Shown here one piece after another: positions 12,338 through 26,539 of a DNA stretch of 64,000 nucleotides. The position numbers and the translations under genes are program-made. Within the stretch, counting starts at the first letter, position 1; every line of letters begins with the position of its first letter. Under the pieces are notes generated by a model, which was not told the DNA's origin, made no database searches, and saw only the letters and a list, made by a program, of their open reading frames with translations. The DNA is from Octopus sinensis (lineage: Eukaryota): contig NC_043013.1 of the NCBI RefSeq assembly GCF_006345805.1, positions 47,368,001 to 47,432,000 on the forward strand, written 5' to 3'.

Positions 12338-15127
12338 AGGTTGCCGAACATCGGAAAGAAGTATGCAAGCTCCTGGAAACATAAAAATGCGATGTAATTT
12401 CAACCCATGGTTGGAATATATTACTATCATTTAGAATTCCAATTCTGTTGAGAATGGTGAACATATACATTTCCTCTTCCGAAATCATAGAATTAAAGAG
12501 ACACGTCAGCATGTTTTGAAATAAAATAAATTTTGTACAAGTCTAAAACAGAAGAATGACGCTTTTATTTTTCCTAAAGATATTAGCGACGTAGCGTAAA
12601 TATTTAGCAATGAGAATCGAAACCGAAAACTTTCAATCTGTGTTTCACTGAAGATAGAATCATGGAAACCAACATGTTAAGGATAAGAGATGTACAGAAT
12701 GGAATTTAGAGGAGTATTGTTTGATAATGAAACAATGCATTCAGTACACTTGCTTTGTGTTGCAACATAATTATTACTAACTCACTCGCGAACCCAACGA
12801 AATGCTAACGCAAAAGGATGAAAAAACTTATTTCTCTGTTGCGGAGATGCAAAATTATTTGGATGCCGACTAATAAACATGTTTATATAAACAATTGGAA
12901 AGCCTTCAAATTATTCGCTCTAAGCAAGAACTCTGTTTATTTAATACTTTCATTCATTTAAACAAAATATTATTGAAGTATGTTGATTAATATTTTGAGA
13001 GCTTAGAAACAAGAAACCTCCATTGCAAAAGTATGTTTCTTCTCCAAAGAGCCGATATATTTTCCACATTTTAAAAATATTTAGAATAACACGACAAGTA
13101 TCAAATCGGAACTATATTAAACATTGTGAATATTTGTTGTGTATTAAAAGATTGCTTGTCACTTTAGTGTATTAATGTTTATCTTTCATAATAAACTTAA
13201 TAATGTTAACTGCATATTTACGTTATTACTTAATTTGTTCATAATTAGACTATTGTATTTCGTAATTCCTACTGATAGCCAATAGTAAATAATACCATTG
13301 AATAATAACAGGGAGTGATGGCAAAGATACAGGTTTGATATCATCTAAACTTTCCCGAATGAATTTTTAATTTTATATGTTTCTTAAAAAAAATATTGAA
13401 ACAAAAGGAATTTAATTTCATTGTTATAAAATCATTGTGGTAAATAATGGTCTTCAAAGTGGACGTGGAGAAAATATGGCTTGTTCACATATAATTGTAT
13501 GATAAAGAACGCAGTCATTAAGCATATTCACAAATAATATATGTTGCACGAATGTCTTGGAAAGAAATTTCATATAACAACTAGAAGTTACACAAGTGCG
13601 GTATGAGAAAATAAACCGAAGAACATCCATAAACTTCATAAAGATATTAATATAAAAACAGAACTTTATAATTTACTAATTTGGATATAACACATGAAAC
13701 GAGTTTGAAGAAAAGAAGGAAAAAATATCGACGATGATTTTCTAATTTGAAAGAATTTTAAAATTCTTCAAAGATGGGTTGAGAAAAAGAGTTATTGTAT
13801 TCGTCTAACGACTACTTGAACAATTCAGTTTTTTGTTATTGTTATTGCTTTATTTTTTATTTTTTTTACATTTAGTGTTGCTTTGTTTTATTTTTATTTC
13901 TATTATTGAGTTTTCACGCGTCTCCTGTGTAATTTCGTCATCAGTTTAAAGGACGACTCGGTGAGAGAAAACTTTGATCTACAACAATTAATGAACACCT
14001 AATAAGCAAGACGGAGATATAATAAGGGGTTATCTATAAGACGCTGCAATTTTACTTAGGGAACTTCACATACACAAATACACAACGAGTATCTTTATTC
14101 AACTAGTAAATCCAAATTTTGCATTTGTTTCTATGCCTAAGAAGCGATGAAAGCCGCGCAAAATTGGAAATATTTCCAAAATTATTATGTTTCCAACAAA
14201 AATATATATTTTTTTTTTCAACTACTTTTATTTTATTTTATATCAAATTAGATTTTACAGTGTAGTTTTGGTATGAAAGCATGTTTTCTTGCATATAAGT
14301 CTATGAGGTTTCGAAAAGATTTTTGTTGCAATTTTAACGTCAGGTATATCATTAAACGGTGGAACTCTCACAACTAACACAATAAAATTATATTTCTAAG
14401 AAATTTTGTATCATAAAATTTAGGCAAATTGTATGATTATAAAGATTTTTACAGCATATGCCCCCCACATTTACATATCTATGGAATTTTAGATTTCAAA
14501 TAGAATCAAATATGGGTTATATGTATTAGAAGAGGCTACTTACATATATTCGTGGAGATAATATTGTAGGTAATGTTTTATATCCAATTTCGACAAGTAG
14601 AATAATAATATTTAGGAATATGAGTATTTCTTCGACTTTTATCTTGAAATAATGTTCCTAAAAATCTGTACGTGTGAGTAATTGTCTTTTTATTGTGTGT
14701 GATGAGTTTGGCGCGTATTGTCAGTGGTTGTTACTGTATGTTTTTGAATCCAATACTCTCAAAACAAATAACACCGAATGAAAATGCTTCGCGAAAGTCT
14801 CATATTTTTATTTAGATGTATTTCCAATAAATATTTTTCACTGAATTCAGTAGTCTAACACTACCTCTTGAAATATTAAAAAAAAAAAAAAATTATCGAT
14901 CCTACAGTCGTTTAGGTAAGTACTATGAACTATCAGTTTAAGTTGTACTGTGAAAATAGAATAAAACTCTTTAGAAAAATGTTAAAATATGGCTTTAGTA
15001 TCGTCCATAATTTCCGTTTGTAAGAAATGAGCGTACAAATATTTCATCTAAATCAACTTTTTTGTAACATAAAATCTGACACATAAATATTTCTGCACGC
15101 GCACGCACACACACACGCACACATTGT

Positions 15128-15720
<593 letters not shown>

Positions 15721-16850
15721 TATATGTGTATATATGTGTGTGTGTTTTATTATAGACAAGACTATTCAAGTCCAGCTTTGCTTACTTCTTTCATTCTAGA
15801 TTTTTTCATATTTTTGTGACTTTTTTGCAGTTGGTTTAAAAGAATAAATTTCCTCAATTCAACGTTTCCAAAGCTTCACAGTTTCATTTTCAAGTTTTGA
15901 AATAGATTTGGCGTCTGCATTACTTCATACACATTGGTCAAATTCATGCAGACTTTTCCGCCAAAGGTTTTTTTTTTTACCTTAAAATTTCGACGTCAGC
16001 AATAACATGTTAATATGTTTTGTTGTGGTCAAATTCTTTGACCGTTAGGTTTTCACGCCAGAAATCACATGTTACTTTTCTGATCTATTTGTTGTTTGCG
16101 TGTTTATTTTGGTATCGTATGGCTTCCATGATTAATCTATTTTTTGCGAGGAATTTCTTTATGTATTATCCTCCGACCTTCCATATCAGAGTTTCAACTT
16201 AATATCACGAATTTGGACGCAGCATATTCTGCCAGTTGTTGAAGCAAAACATAAATAAGTGAAGTGTGATGTCAGCAACGCTCGGACTTAGTATTCTGGG
16301 ACCGGAAATCAATATTATCTCCGTCCTTCTGTTTGGTGGATCAAAGTAGATCATATTTCTGTTTCTGCCGTAGTTAATAATTATTTTTTAAATCTTGTAT
16401 GAAGTGTACACACGTTTGTGTTTCAAGTGAACATACGCGAGTGTCCACTTGTACTTGACTACTGCTCTGTGAAAGGTGTTTCATCAGATGAGGGATAGTT
16501 TGTACATTCACATAATGCTATAGGTATATATTTATTGACATTTGGTGAATGGGAGGAATCTTTATGACAGACATATAGAGAGGGCGGTTATTAGGTTACG
16601 TAGTAACAACGTTGAAATAGAAAAAAGACAAACAACGAACGCTTTTCACATGGAGTGCGAAGCAAATTAAATATAGAAAAATTGGACGATCAAGGCTAGA
16701 ATACCTTCAGCTTGTTTGCTCTGCCTTGTGTGACCTGGGGTGAAACATTAGCTTAAAAGAGAACATCAACTATATATGTGTTTTCCAGCATTACACAGTA
16801 GCATAACAAAGAATGTTTATATTCTAATGAAGATTCTCAAACACCAAAGG

Positions 16851-16889
16851 ATAATAATAATGATAATAATAATAATAATAATAATAATG

Positions 16890-16967
<78 letters not shown>

Positions 16968-16990
16968 TAATAATAATAATAATAATAATT
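16851..16990. repeat. (AAT)n microsatellite
   Basis: Direct reading. Confidence 0.95.
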
Positions 16991-17429
16991 GGCTCTCATG
17001 TCTTCTGATCTTAACAGATTGGAAGTGTTATCATGTACATTGTTTTGTCTTGGTATAAAAGATGGGCTACAGCAAATATTCTGCTCAATACCACAAATTT
17101 ACTTGTCAGTAGTTTGACCACAACCAGCTTTGGGGTTTGAATAATTCACTTCTGGAAACATGGGTGATTCGTTCAACATCCTTAAACGACCCTTATTCAG
17201 GGACCTTTTGAGCGGGATGGGTTACTTGACCAGAAGAAAATTCTAACTGGGCCCCACCTGCAAGGTCATGTGCTGTTTATCTTGATATGAGATCACCGTG
17301 TTGTGCACATATGATTATGATGCATGTACCTAGTGTACCCTTATCAGTCGGGTAGTTATGATGTGTATACTGGGTTTCGTAAATTTTACCCCAGTGTCAC
17401 TTTGATGGCATTCACTGCTCTGTCACTCA

Positions 17430-17460
<31 letters not shown>

Positions 17461-17461
17461 T
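16991..17461 (+). mobile_element. Interspersed element embedded in (AAT)n, possibly the 3' UTR of a Dong/R4-clade LINE
   Basis: About 440 bp of non-coding sequence ending GCATTCACTGCTCTGTCACTC then (AAT)n, and preceded by (AAT)n. The clade is inferred only from the known TAA-repeat specificity of Dong elements. Confidence 0.45.
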
Positions 17462-17600
17462 AGTCCCTTCTATTATAGGCACAAAGCCTGGCATTTTGTG
17501 GGGAGGAGGGTGCTTCATTATATCGACCCTATAGCTTAACTGGTGCTTATTTTGTCGACCCCAAAATGCAAGTTCAGCGAAATTTGAACTCAGAACGTAA
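17462..17600 (-). mobile_element. Degenerate family-A-related SINE
   Basis: Reverse of B box (ATTTGAACTCAGAACGTAA) and TTATTTTGTCGACCCC. Confidence 0.6.
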
Positions 17601-17856
17601 TCGACTACCCCACTTCCTTTCTAAATTGGTGGACTTGTACCAAAACTGGAAATCGTCATCATCATCATCATCATCGTCATTATCATTATAATTATTGTTG
17701 TTATTGTTGCTGCTGCTGTTGTTGTCTTTGTTTTTCTTATTTAGACAGAATCGTTAGTGCACTGGACAAAATGTTTAATGGCATTTCTTCTGGCTTCACG
17801 GTCGCCTTAGTCATTTACTCTTCCGAGGACGTTGACATAAATACTAGTCAAGTACT

Positions 17857-18267
17857 GGAGATTCGGTTTGAACGGCAGTTTTTAACATAATTTCTAGGTA
17901 ACTAAAAAAATGTTAAACTTCGTATACTGCTAGAATGTGTTTATAAAACATCTTTTTCTCTTGGCTTTATTGAGAAAATTCTATAGTTTATAAGATATTT
18001 GTTGTTTTTTTCTTCAATTTCTGCAATTTCAACCAATCACTGACGTCCATTGAGGTAACAATATTCTGTGCCGTATGAATATGTCCCTCGTTTAAGAAAC
18101 AGATTTGGTTTATTTACATTTCTGAAGAAAAAAGATACCCTTCTCCCACCCATAACCCTAACCCTAAAATAGATTGAAATGCAATAGATCGATACTAGGG
18201 TCATAATTATGGGTAACAATTTCATATGACACCGCTAGAAAAACCGCCGTTCAAACCGAAAAGATCC
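17857..18267 (+). mobile_element. Merlin-like MITE, copy 2
   Basis: Same body as 705-1147. Right TIR CCGTTCAAACCGAAAAGATCC intact, left TIR eroded. Confidence 0.75.
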
Positions 18268-18311
18268 GAAATAGGTAATAATTAACCCCTTTTGCTATTA
18301 TTCGTATGGTA

Positions 18312-19597
18312 CGAGGGGCGTTCAATAAGTAATGCCCCTGACCCACTTCCCATAGCAGTAGAGCAACGAAACTTGGCACAGTTATTAGTCTTTTTCTACA
18401 TAGGAACCACCCAGAGTTACGCATTTCTCCCATTGTTTGATGCAGCTCTGGAGACCGTTTTTGTAGAAGACCCCAGCTTGGTCCTCCAACCTGAACGTGA
18501 CTTCAGAAATCAAGGCTGCATCATCTGGGAAACGCTTTCCTTTCAAAAACAACTTCATGACTGGGAAGAGGTGAAAATCAGAGGATGCAAGGTGAGGAGA
18601 GTAGGGGTGGGGGAGGAGTTCATAGCCGCACGCCTGTGCTTCTGATCTGGCGACAAGCGAGTTGTAGACCGGAGGGTTGTCCTGCAGGAGGAGGATGCCT
18701 TTGCTGATCTTGCCCCGCCTCTTGATTTTGATAACCTCTCTTAATTTCCTCAAAAGTGAAGCATAATAGGCTCCTGTAATTGTGGTACCCTTTGCCAAGA
18801 AATCTGTCATCACTACTCCGTCCTGGTCCCAGAAGACTGTGAGCATGACCTTGCCAGCGGAGGGCTGCACCCTTGCCTTCTTTGGAGGGGGTGAGTCACG
18901 GTGCTTCCACTGCATTGACTGGGCTTTGGTCTCTGGATCATCGTGATGGACCCAGGTTTCATCCTGTGTAATCAGTCTTTTGAAAAATTTTGACTCATCT
19001 TCTTGGCACATCTCCAAATTCACCCTCGAGCACTCGACGCGTTCTTGCTTCTGGAAAGGCGTGAGCAACCTGGGAATCCATCTAGCAGACACCTTTTGCA
19101 TATGCAAATGGTCATGAATGATAGTTTCCACAGACCCGGTACTAATCTTGACCTCATGGGCTATTTGGCGAATAATTATGCGTCGATCTTCCAAAATGGC
19201 AGCCTCAACTTGACGGACAGATGCCTCATCAATGGCAGAAGGGGCGACCAGATCTGGGAGCTGTTTCTACAGAGTTCCGACCATGTTTGAATTCACGATG
19301 CCAGCGTTTTACAAGGTCATATGATGGGGCATCATCACCATAAGTTACTTTCATTTCATCAAAAGTCTCCCGTGGTGTGCGTCCTTTCAAATACAAAAAC
19401 CGGATTACTGCTCGACACTCAACAAGCTCCATTTCACACTTGACTCGGTTCAAACACCTGTAAATCAGAAACCACAATTAGTTCAGAGCTGTAATTTGCC
19501 ACTTACTCTATAGAGATACAAATGATTGCACATGCAATTTCAGCTAGATCAAACAACTGCAAGTGGGTCAGAGGCATTACTTATTGAACGTCCCTCG
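18312..19597 (-). mobile_element. Full-length (1286 bp) mariner transposon
   Basis: TIRs CGAGGGGCGTTCAATAAGTAATGCC / GGCATTACTTATTGAACGTCCCTCG. TA duplication at 18310-18311 and 19598-19599. Transposase remnant inside. Confidence 0.95.
18385..19432 (-). pseudogene. Mariner D,D(34)D transposase pseudogene
   Basis: MELVECRAVIRFL.. (19432) is joined by one frameshift near 19235 to the 269-aa ORF with WIPRLL, DETW, LQDN and HPYSPHLASSD. The last is a degenerate HPPYSPDLAPSD with one codon lost, giving spacing 33. Confidence 0.9.
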
Positions 19598-19886
19598 TAC
19601 GTACGACCACGAGTATTGTTTTAGTCTTGAGTTTGCATATTTTGCCAATTTCTGTTTCATGACGTGTGCTTTCTCAATGCTTGGTAGTTCTTGGACAGAT
19701 ATATTTATATCAACTGGGTTAGTCATACCGATGAAGAGGTACGGTTTTCGTCTGAAATCCTTCAATATAGTATATGACCTATTTTTCATCTATGTTTCTT
19801 TGAATTTGAACGGTAAAGTTCCACAGAAGTTAGGTATCTTTTGCAAGTAACGGTTTTCATGTGTTTAGCTTTTTCTGCGCATGTTC

Positions 19887-20179
19887 CTTGTTTGTTCCTT
19901 CTCGAGCCATAGGGCCGGTTTCCCGGTTTCCTTGGTGTATAGGTTCCCCACCTAGACGGGACGCCGGTCCGTCACAGGTGAGCTGCAAGATGCAGGAGCA
20001 AAGAGTGAGAGAAAGTTGTGGCGAAAGAGTCAGCAGAAGTTCGCCAATACCTTCTGCCGAAGCCGCGTGGAGCTTAGGTGTTTCGCTCATAAACACACAC
20101 ATCGTCCGGTTAGAGTTTCGAACCCACGATCCCTCGACTGCCAGTCCGCTGCTCTAACCACTAGGCCATATGCCTCCAC
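19887..20179 (-). mobile_element. tRNA-derived SINE (family B, tRNA-Arg-like head)
   Basis: Reverse of GTGGAGGC.ATGGCCTAGTGGTTAGAGCAGCGGACT..GGTTCGAA head, ACTCTTTCGCCACAACTTTCTCTC body and CTCGAGAAGGAACAAAC tail. Matches 36885 and 43571. Confidence 0.85.
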
Positions 20180-20184
20180 TAAAT

Positions 20185-20436
20185 AAATGTTTCTTCTCGA
20201 GCCATGCCAGGCTCATAAGGGCTGGTTTCCCGGTTTCAGTGACGTAGAAATTTCCCAACTGGACGGGACGCCGGTTCGTCGGAGGTTTACTCATTTTTGC
20301 CAGCTGAGTGGACTGGGAGCAACGTGAAATGAAGTGTTTTGCTCAAGAACACAACGCGTCGCCCGGTCCAGGAATCGAATCCACAATCTTACGATCATGA
20401 TGCTGACACCGTAACCACTAAGCCACGCGCCTTCAC
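20185..20436 (-). mobile_element. CORE-type tRNA SINE (family C) with the family-B tail
   Basis: Reverse of GGCGCGTGGCTTAGTGGTTA..GATTCGATTCC, CORE-like GTTGTGTTCTTGAGCAAAACACTT and GAAACCGGGAAACC..GGCTCGAGAAG tail. Confidence 0.8.
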
Positions 20437-20439
20437 AAA

Positions 20440-20686
20440 TGTTCCTTCTCGAGCCATGCCAGGCTAACAAGGGTTGGTTTCCCCGTTTCAATGGTGTAGA
20501 AATTCGCCACCTGGATGGTATGCCGGTCCGTCGCAGGATTACTCACTTTTGCCAGCTGAGTGGACTGGAGCAACGTGAATGAAGTGTTTTGCTCAAGAAC
20601 ACAACGCATTGTCCGTTCCAGGAATCGAAACCACAACCATACGATCATGAGTTCAACACCCTAACCACTAAGTCACACACCTCCAC
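20440..20686 (-). mobile_element. CORE-type tRNA SINE (family C), second copy
   Basis: Colinear with 20185-20436. Confidence 0.8.
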
Positions 20687-21227
20687 GTGCATGTTCATAG
20701 TTCGTCTAATTTAGGGACCTCTTGTATTTGAAATCATTTAAAATATTCTATGCCATTTTTTGTTACTGAATATATGTTTCTCCTTTTTGCTGTTTTCCCT
20801 CCTCAACACACGTTTTAGGATCCATTCCTCAGAAACTTTATGTTATTTCTGCATAATAGTCCGAAGTTTTACAGTTGCAGGAACATTGAAATCCTGAAAC
20901 CAAAGAGACAAGCAAACTCTGTAACTGTAAACATTTCAAAAGATTAGTTCTTAAAGTTCCCATTCGTAAGAGTTTCCTTGACGTTGATTGATATGTGACT
21001 GCAAAAGGCGCGGTCGCGAATCCGTGTGTGCATATACGTGTAGCTGTTTGTGCATCTGTGGGGGTATTTCTGTATGTTTGTCTAATTTTGTTATTGAGAG
21101 AATATGGCACTTTGCTTTTCCACACTGTATATACATATATTCGTACATACATACACACATGCATGCCTACATACATACATACGTACATACATACATGCAT
21201 GCCTACATACATACATATATACATACA

Positions 21228-21383
21228 TCTGAGTTGTTCAAATTCCGCCGAGGTCGACTTTGCCTTTCATCCTTTCGGGGTCGATAAATTAAGTACCAGT
21301 TACGCACTGGGGTCGATATAATCGACTTAATACTTTGTCCTTGTTTGTCCCCTCTATGTTTAGCCTCTTGTGGGTAATAAAGA
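21228..21383 (+). mobile_element. 5'-truncated family A SINE
   Basis: TTCAAATTCCGCCGAGGTCGACTTTGCC through GGGTAATAAAGATA. Confidence 0.85.
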
Positions 21384-22437
21384 TATATATATACATACAT
21401 ACATACATATATACATATATACATACATACACACACACATGCCTGTACATGTCTTTTTGTGTACATACGCATGTCTATGTGTGTTTGCATAAAACACTTA
21501 ATTTTCATTCGGTCACAGGAAGGTATTCTTGAAATCAATTTTCAGTGAGTCACAGAGCAGTCTCGAACTCAGAGCAACGTGGATGCCGTAGGAACCCCTT
21601 AAATCACACAGGAATGCCAACATTAATAAGCAGATGCAGCGTCTATCACCTTCTCTGAGGTCAATCAGAAACTATTATTGCTCACGTGTGTGTTATGTTA
21701 ACTTCACTTTCTTCTTAAAATGACACTTGAAAAGGAGAGGCCAACACAACGTTTAGACTCTTACAAATGCGCTACACTAGACTCTCGACAACCTACCAAT
21801 CAATATATGTATACATGTCTGCGTATATTCATGGATGTATGAATTTATGCATGTAGTTTTGGATGTATGGATGTAGGTATGCATGTACTAATGTATATAT
21901 GTATGTGCATACCTTTATGAACGTATGTAGATGTACACACACATGCGTGTGCCTGTGTTTACATATATGCATAACATATATATATATATTTCAAGTATAT
22001 GCATGATGCATGTATATAAACATGTATATATATGTATTTATATATATATATACATATATATACACACATATATGTATATGTATGCATGAGTGAAACAAGG
22101 AAAGTGAGAAACGTAGATAGAGCGAGAGAAATAGATTTATGTGTGTAAGTACATACAAGTACATTTATAAAATATATATTATATATATATATAATATATA
22201 TATTATATATATATATACTCAACGTATATACTTCGTATGCACCGTCCTACAAGGTCAGGTGTATATATAAATGTATGTACGTACATGTAGAAGCACAAGA
22301 CTGTGTGTACGTATCAATATATAATTGAATTTAAAATATATGTTCCTTTTATATGTTATTTTTATTGACAAGTAAACTACGATCGAACGGTAAATAGCCA
22401 TTTAATTTCAACGTTCATATGTGTATGCCTGCTCATG

Positions 22438-22502
<65 letters not shown>

Positions 22503-22799
22503 AGTTATGGATATATATATGCGTGTTTGTGTATGTATGATAATCTTTTATGCCTGCATGCATGTGTCTACACGTGTGTGTGTGTGTGTGTGTGTGAGTG
22601 TGTATGTAGTGGACGAGAGAATGAATCGAAGTGAATGTCTACTGTGTAAAAATTGGAAACATACGTAATCACTCGTGCATTCATAAATATATACGCAGAA
22701 ACACATAGACATACACATACACATCTTACTCATATATACATATATGCATAGCTGTACAGATATATTTATATACATATAAAGCGAGAGAAGGGAAAAGAA

Positions 22800-22824
22800 A
22801 AGAAATTGACTGATAGATAGATTG

Positions 22825-22858
<34 letters not shown>

Positions 22859-22860
22859 AC

Positions 22861-22950
<90 letters not shown>

Positions 22951-22951
22951 G

Positions 22952-23038
<87 letters not shown>

Positions 23039-23068
23039 GTAGGAAGATAGACGGCTAGATAGATAGAT

Positions 23069-23134
<66 letters not shown>

Positions 23135-23135
23135 G

Positions 23136-23213
<78 letters not shown>

Positions 23214-23340
23214 CGTAGATCGATAGATAGATAGATAAGTAGGTAGATAGATGGCTAGATAGATAGATAGAGATAGATAGAGAGTGAGAGAAACATAGAG
23301 AGACAGAGGGAGACAGACAGACAGAGATAGGTAGATAGAT
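22800..23340. repeat. (GATA)n array with (GA)n and (GACA)n blocks
   Basis: Direct reading. Confidence 0.95.
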
Positions 23341-23899
23341 TTTGTGACAAGATATATCATATAGGATGCTGGTAATATATTAATCATCAACTCGGCATCA
23401 CTGCGTTTTTACATTAAAATGTAACCAACGCTTATTTTTCTTCTCTCTTATTATGCCAGAAATGTATTGAGAACTCTTGCACGCCATTCAATACCCACAT
23501 TTCAACACAATTATTTCAGTATAATGTGTATACAGAATGTCATAGAATCCAAAGATGAAATGTCAAGAAAGAACTGTAATCACAATATGCTTTATTAAAT
23601 ATGACCACACATCCATTGCGCATAGAACGACATTTATATAAATACGTGGTTTCATGAAGTTGTATCTAAACAAAACGTGAACAAACAAGATGAAAACGGC
23701 GTGTTAAAATTAACAATTGAAATATTCTGGCCCTTTTATTAGAATATGACTAGAAACCGAATGAAACCGAATGAAACCCGCCGTACGACAGCTGCACATT
23801 TATGAAGTAATAATATTACTTCAGTCTGAAAGCAGTTACTGTTTGTTGACTGAATTAAGATAAACCTCCATAAAATAGAGATGTATCTGTTGCTGCTTC

Positions 23900-23947
23900 G
23901 ATGATAATAATAATAATGATGATGATAATAATGATAATATAATAATA

Positions 23948-23986
<39 letters not shown>

Positions 23987-24223
23987 TGATAATAATAATG
24001 ATAATAATAATAAAATTAATAATAATAATAATGATATTAAAAACAACAACAGCAATAACAATAATGATAATAATAATAATAATAATGATAATAATAATAA
24101 AAATAATAATAATAATATTAAAAGCAACAACAGCAATAATAATAATGATAATAATAATAATAATATAATAATAATAATAAAAATAATAATAATAATATGA
24201 TAATAATAATAATAATAATAATA

Positions 24224-24289
<66 letters not shown>

Positions 24290-24290
24290 G
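23900..24290. repeat. (AAT)n/(GAT)n array
   Basis: Direct reading. Source of the poly-I and poly-L ORFs. Confidence 0.95.
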
Positions 24291-25330
24291 TAAAAGGAAA
24301 ACATCAACATTTTTAGTAACTTCATATGCTTTGAATGCCATATCATATGAATAGATCGAGAGAAACAAGCAGCTTGCGAACCGAGAGTGGTGGGTGGCAG
24401 GGGGTTTTCAAACAAGTTTCAATTATTTCATTGAAAATTACTAATTATCGATGTAGATAACAAAATTTTGCATTCAGCAATTTAATTACTAGGCAATTTA
24501 TTCGATGAAGAATTCTGCTTGATAACTGAAAGGAAAGCAAAAAGAAAAGAGGAGGTAAAACCAACGGTTGAGAGTGGAAGCCAGAGAGAAAGATAATGTA
24601 AAAATAAATTAAAAACGAATTAATTGAAACAGAAATTTAATAAAAATAACACAAAATAAAACCCCAAATATTGTGGAAAAAATTAGATTTGGTTATATTG
24701 GTGCTTGATAAGGTAAATTTGATTAATAAAGGAAAAAAATCAATTTCTGTCAATCAGATCTGGAAGGTAGGGACGTGAAAAGTCGTTACACAGGTAGCAA
24801 AGAATTGAGAAGACTTCATAAAGATATCATCTGCATACATAGTTGCTGTTTTTTTGTTTTTATTATTCTTTTTTTTTTCATGCAAGATTGATAGATTCGC
24901 TACTTTCAGATCTCTAAAGAATCAGAAGCAAGTGAACAGAGGGCGAAATATTTTAACATCTTCTTCCTGCCCAGGTTAGCTTCTATTATCACAGATGTTA
25001 CAGAAAAATGTGTTTATTTTGATTTCAACTTTTAAAAATGCAAACTATAAGATTGGAAGTGTGGAATTCAAAGTATGAGATTGGAACGATTTGAAGATCT
25101 TGTAGTGGCGCATTCAATGAAGTTAAAACTTATTCATTCATGAGAAAACTTAAAAGCTCATTCAATTCCAGATAGTTATCAATGATGATGACTAAATATA
25201 TATTAAATGTAAAGATTTAAACACATATTGCATTTAAACATTTCTGGCATTGAAGGTATTAAAATTTCTGACATTGAAATATAAAACTCGAACCATGATA
25301 CAAGCAACATCCAGCTGTCAACTATCTGTC

Positions 25331-25746
25331 TATTTACTCTTTTACTCTTTTACTTGTTTCAGTCATTTGACTGCGGCCATGCTGGAGCTCCACCTTTAGT
25401 CGAGCAAATCGATCCTAGGACTTATTCTTTGTAAGCCTAGTACTTACTCTATCAGTCTCTTTTGCCGAGCCGCTAAGTGACGGGGACGTAAACACACCAG
25501 CATCGGTTGTCAAGCGATGTTGGATGGGACAAACACAGACACAAACATACACGCACACACACATATATATATACATATATACGACGAGCTTCTTTCAGTT
25601 TCCGTCTACCAAATCCACTCACAAGGCTTTGGTCGGCCCGAGACTATAGTAGAAGACACTTTTTCCAACATGCCACGCAGTGGGACTGAACCCGGAACCA
25701 TGTGGTTGGTTAGCAAGCTACTTACCACACAGCCACTCCTGCGCCT
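25331..25746 (-). mobile_element. CORE-type SINE with an internal (TA)n(TG)n tract (family D)
   Basis: Reverse of GGCGCAGGAGTGGCTGTGTGGTAAG..GGTTCAGTCCC head, CORE-like AAGTGTCTTCTACTATAG, central microsatellite and (AAAAGA)n-like tail. Matches 41785, 45344, 36322 and 59395. Confidence 0.85.
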
Positions 25747-26539
25747 ATTTATTTATATGATTTTCAGTCCGTCTGTTTAAACATAGTGCATGTATAAAGG
25801 AATATATATATTTTTGACATTACTTATATGTATGTACAGATAATTTTCCCACTAGCCAGCAACTATGCAGTAGTCGTGGGGTTTTCGACTCTAACCAAAC
25901 TTTCGTCAGTTTCAATTACCAGCCTCAGTTGATTAACTTCACATAGGAATTGTACATAATATAAACAATAACAAATCTTTTATGAGAAACTATAAAGATT
26001 GTTTCCATAAAATATTATTTTTTTACCTCATTGCTTTACCTGTAGCACAGATGGTAATGCTGCTGAGAGCTTTACATCGAGCTATAATGATTCGGATATT
26101 ATCAGCAACTTCTAAAAGTTCTTGACCTCGTAGTTTCGGTTTCGGATAAATTATACAGGTAAGGTTGCCGGGCTGTTGAAAACATAAGGAAAGTTTTTGT
26201 TCCACGCATTCCTTCATTGGATCGGATTTTCAGCCATGCACATCATGATGTTCAGCCGCTTACTTCTACCCGAATAATGCAGGCAATTTTCTGCTGTCTG
26301 GTACCTATGGAGAAAAATGTAGAAGAGGAAATTTTTACTCCACTTAATCCCTAACCAACATCATGACGATCTGATGAAGAACTTGATGGTGATGAAGAAT
26401 GTACTAATTTGCAATGAGTTTGAAATTGGCGTGAGTGGGAAATATAGCCCGTGTGAAACGGTCTAAAAGAACAGTAGCCCCGGGAACTTAAACAGCAGCA
26501 ATATTTCCAATGTCAATAACAACGACGATAGCAATACAA

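Noticed and set aside
12651-12690. CTGAAGA...GAAAC as a hammerhead
   Set aside because: Stem II and stem I do not pair.
13430-13510. SGRGENMACSHI as a SWIM-like transposase remnant
   Set aside because: Too short, flanked by stops and lacking the first cysteines.
19577-19789. 70-aa ORF as a host exon disrupted by the mariner
   Set aside because: Removing the element gives a stop within three codons, there is no good splice acceptor and no recognisable domain.
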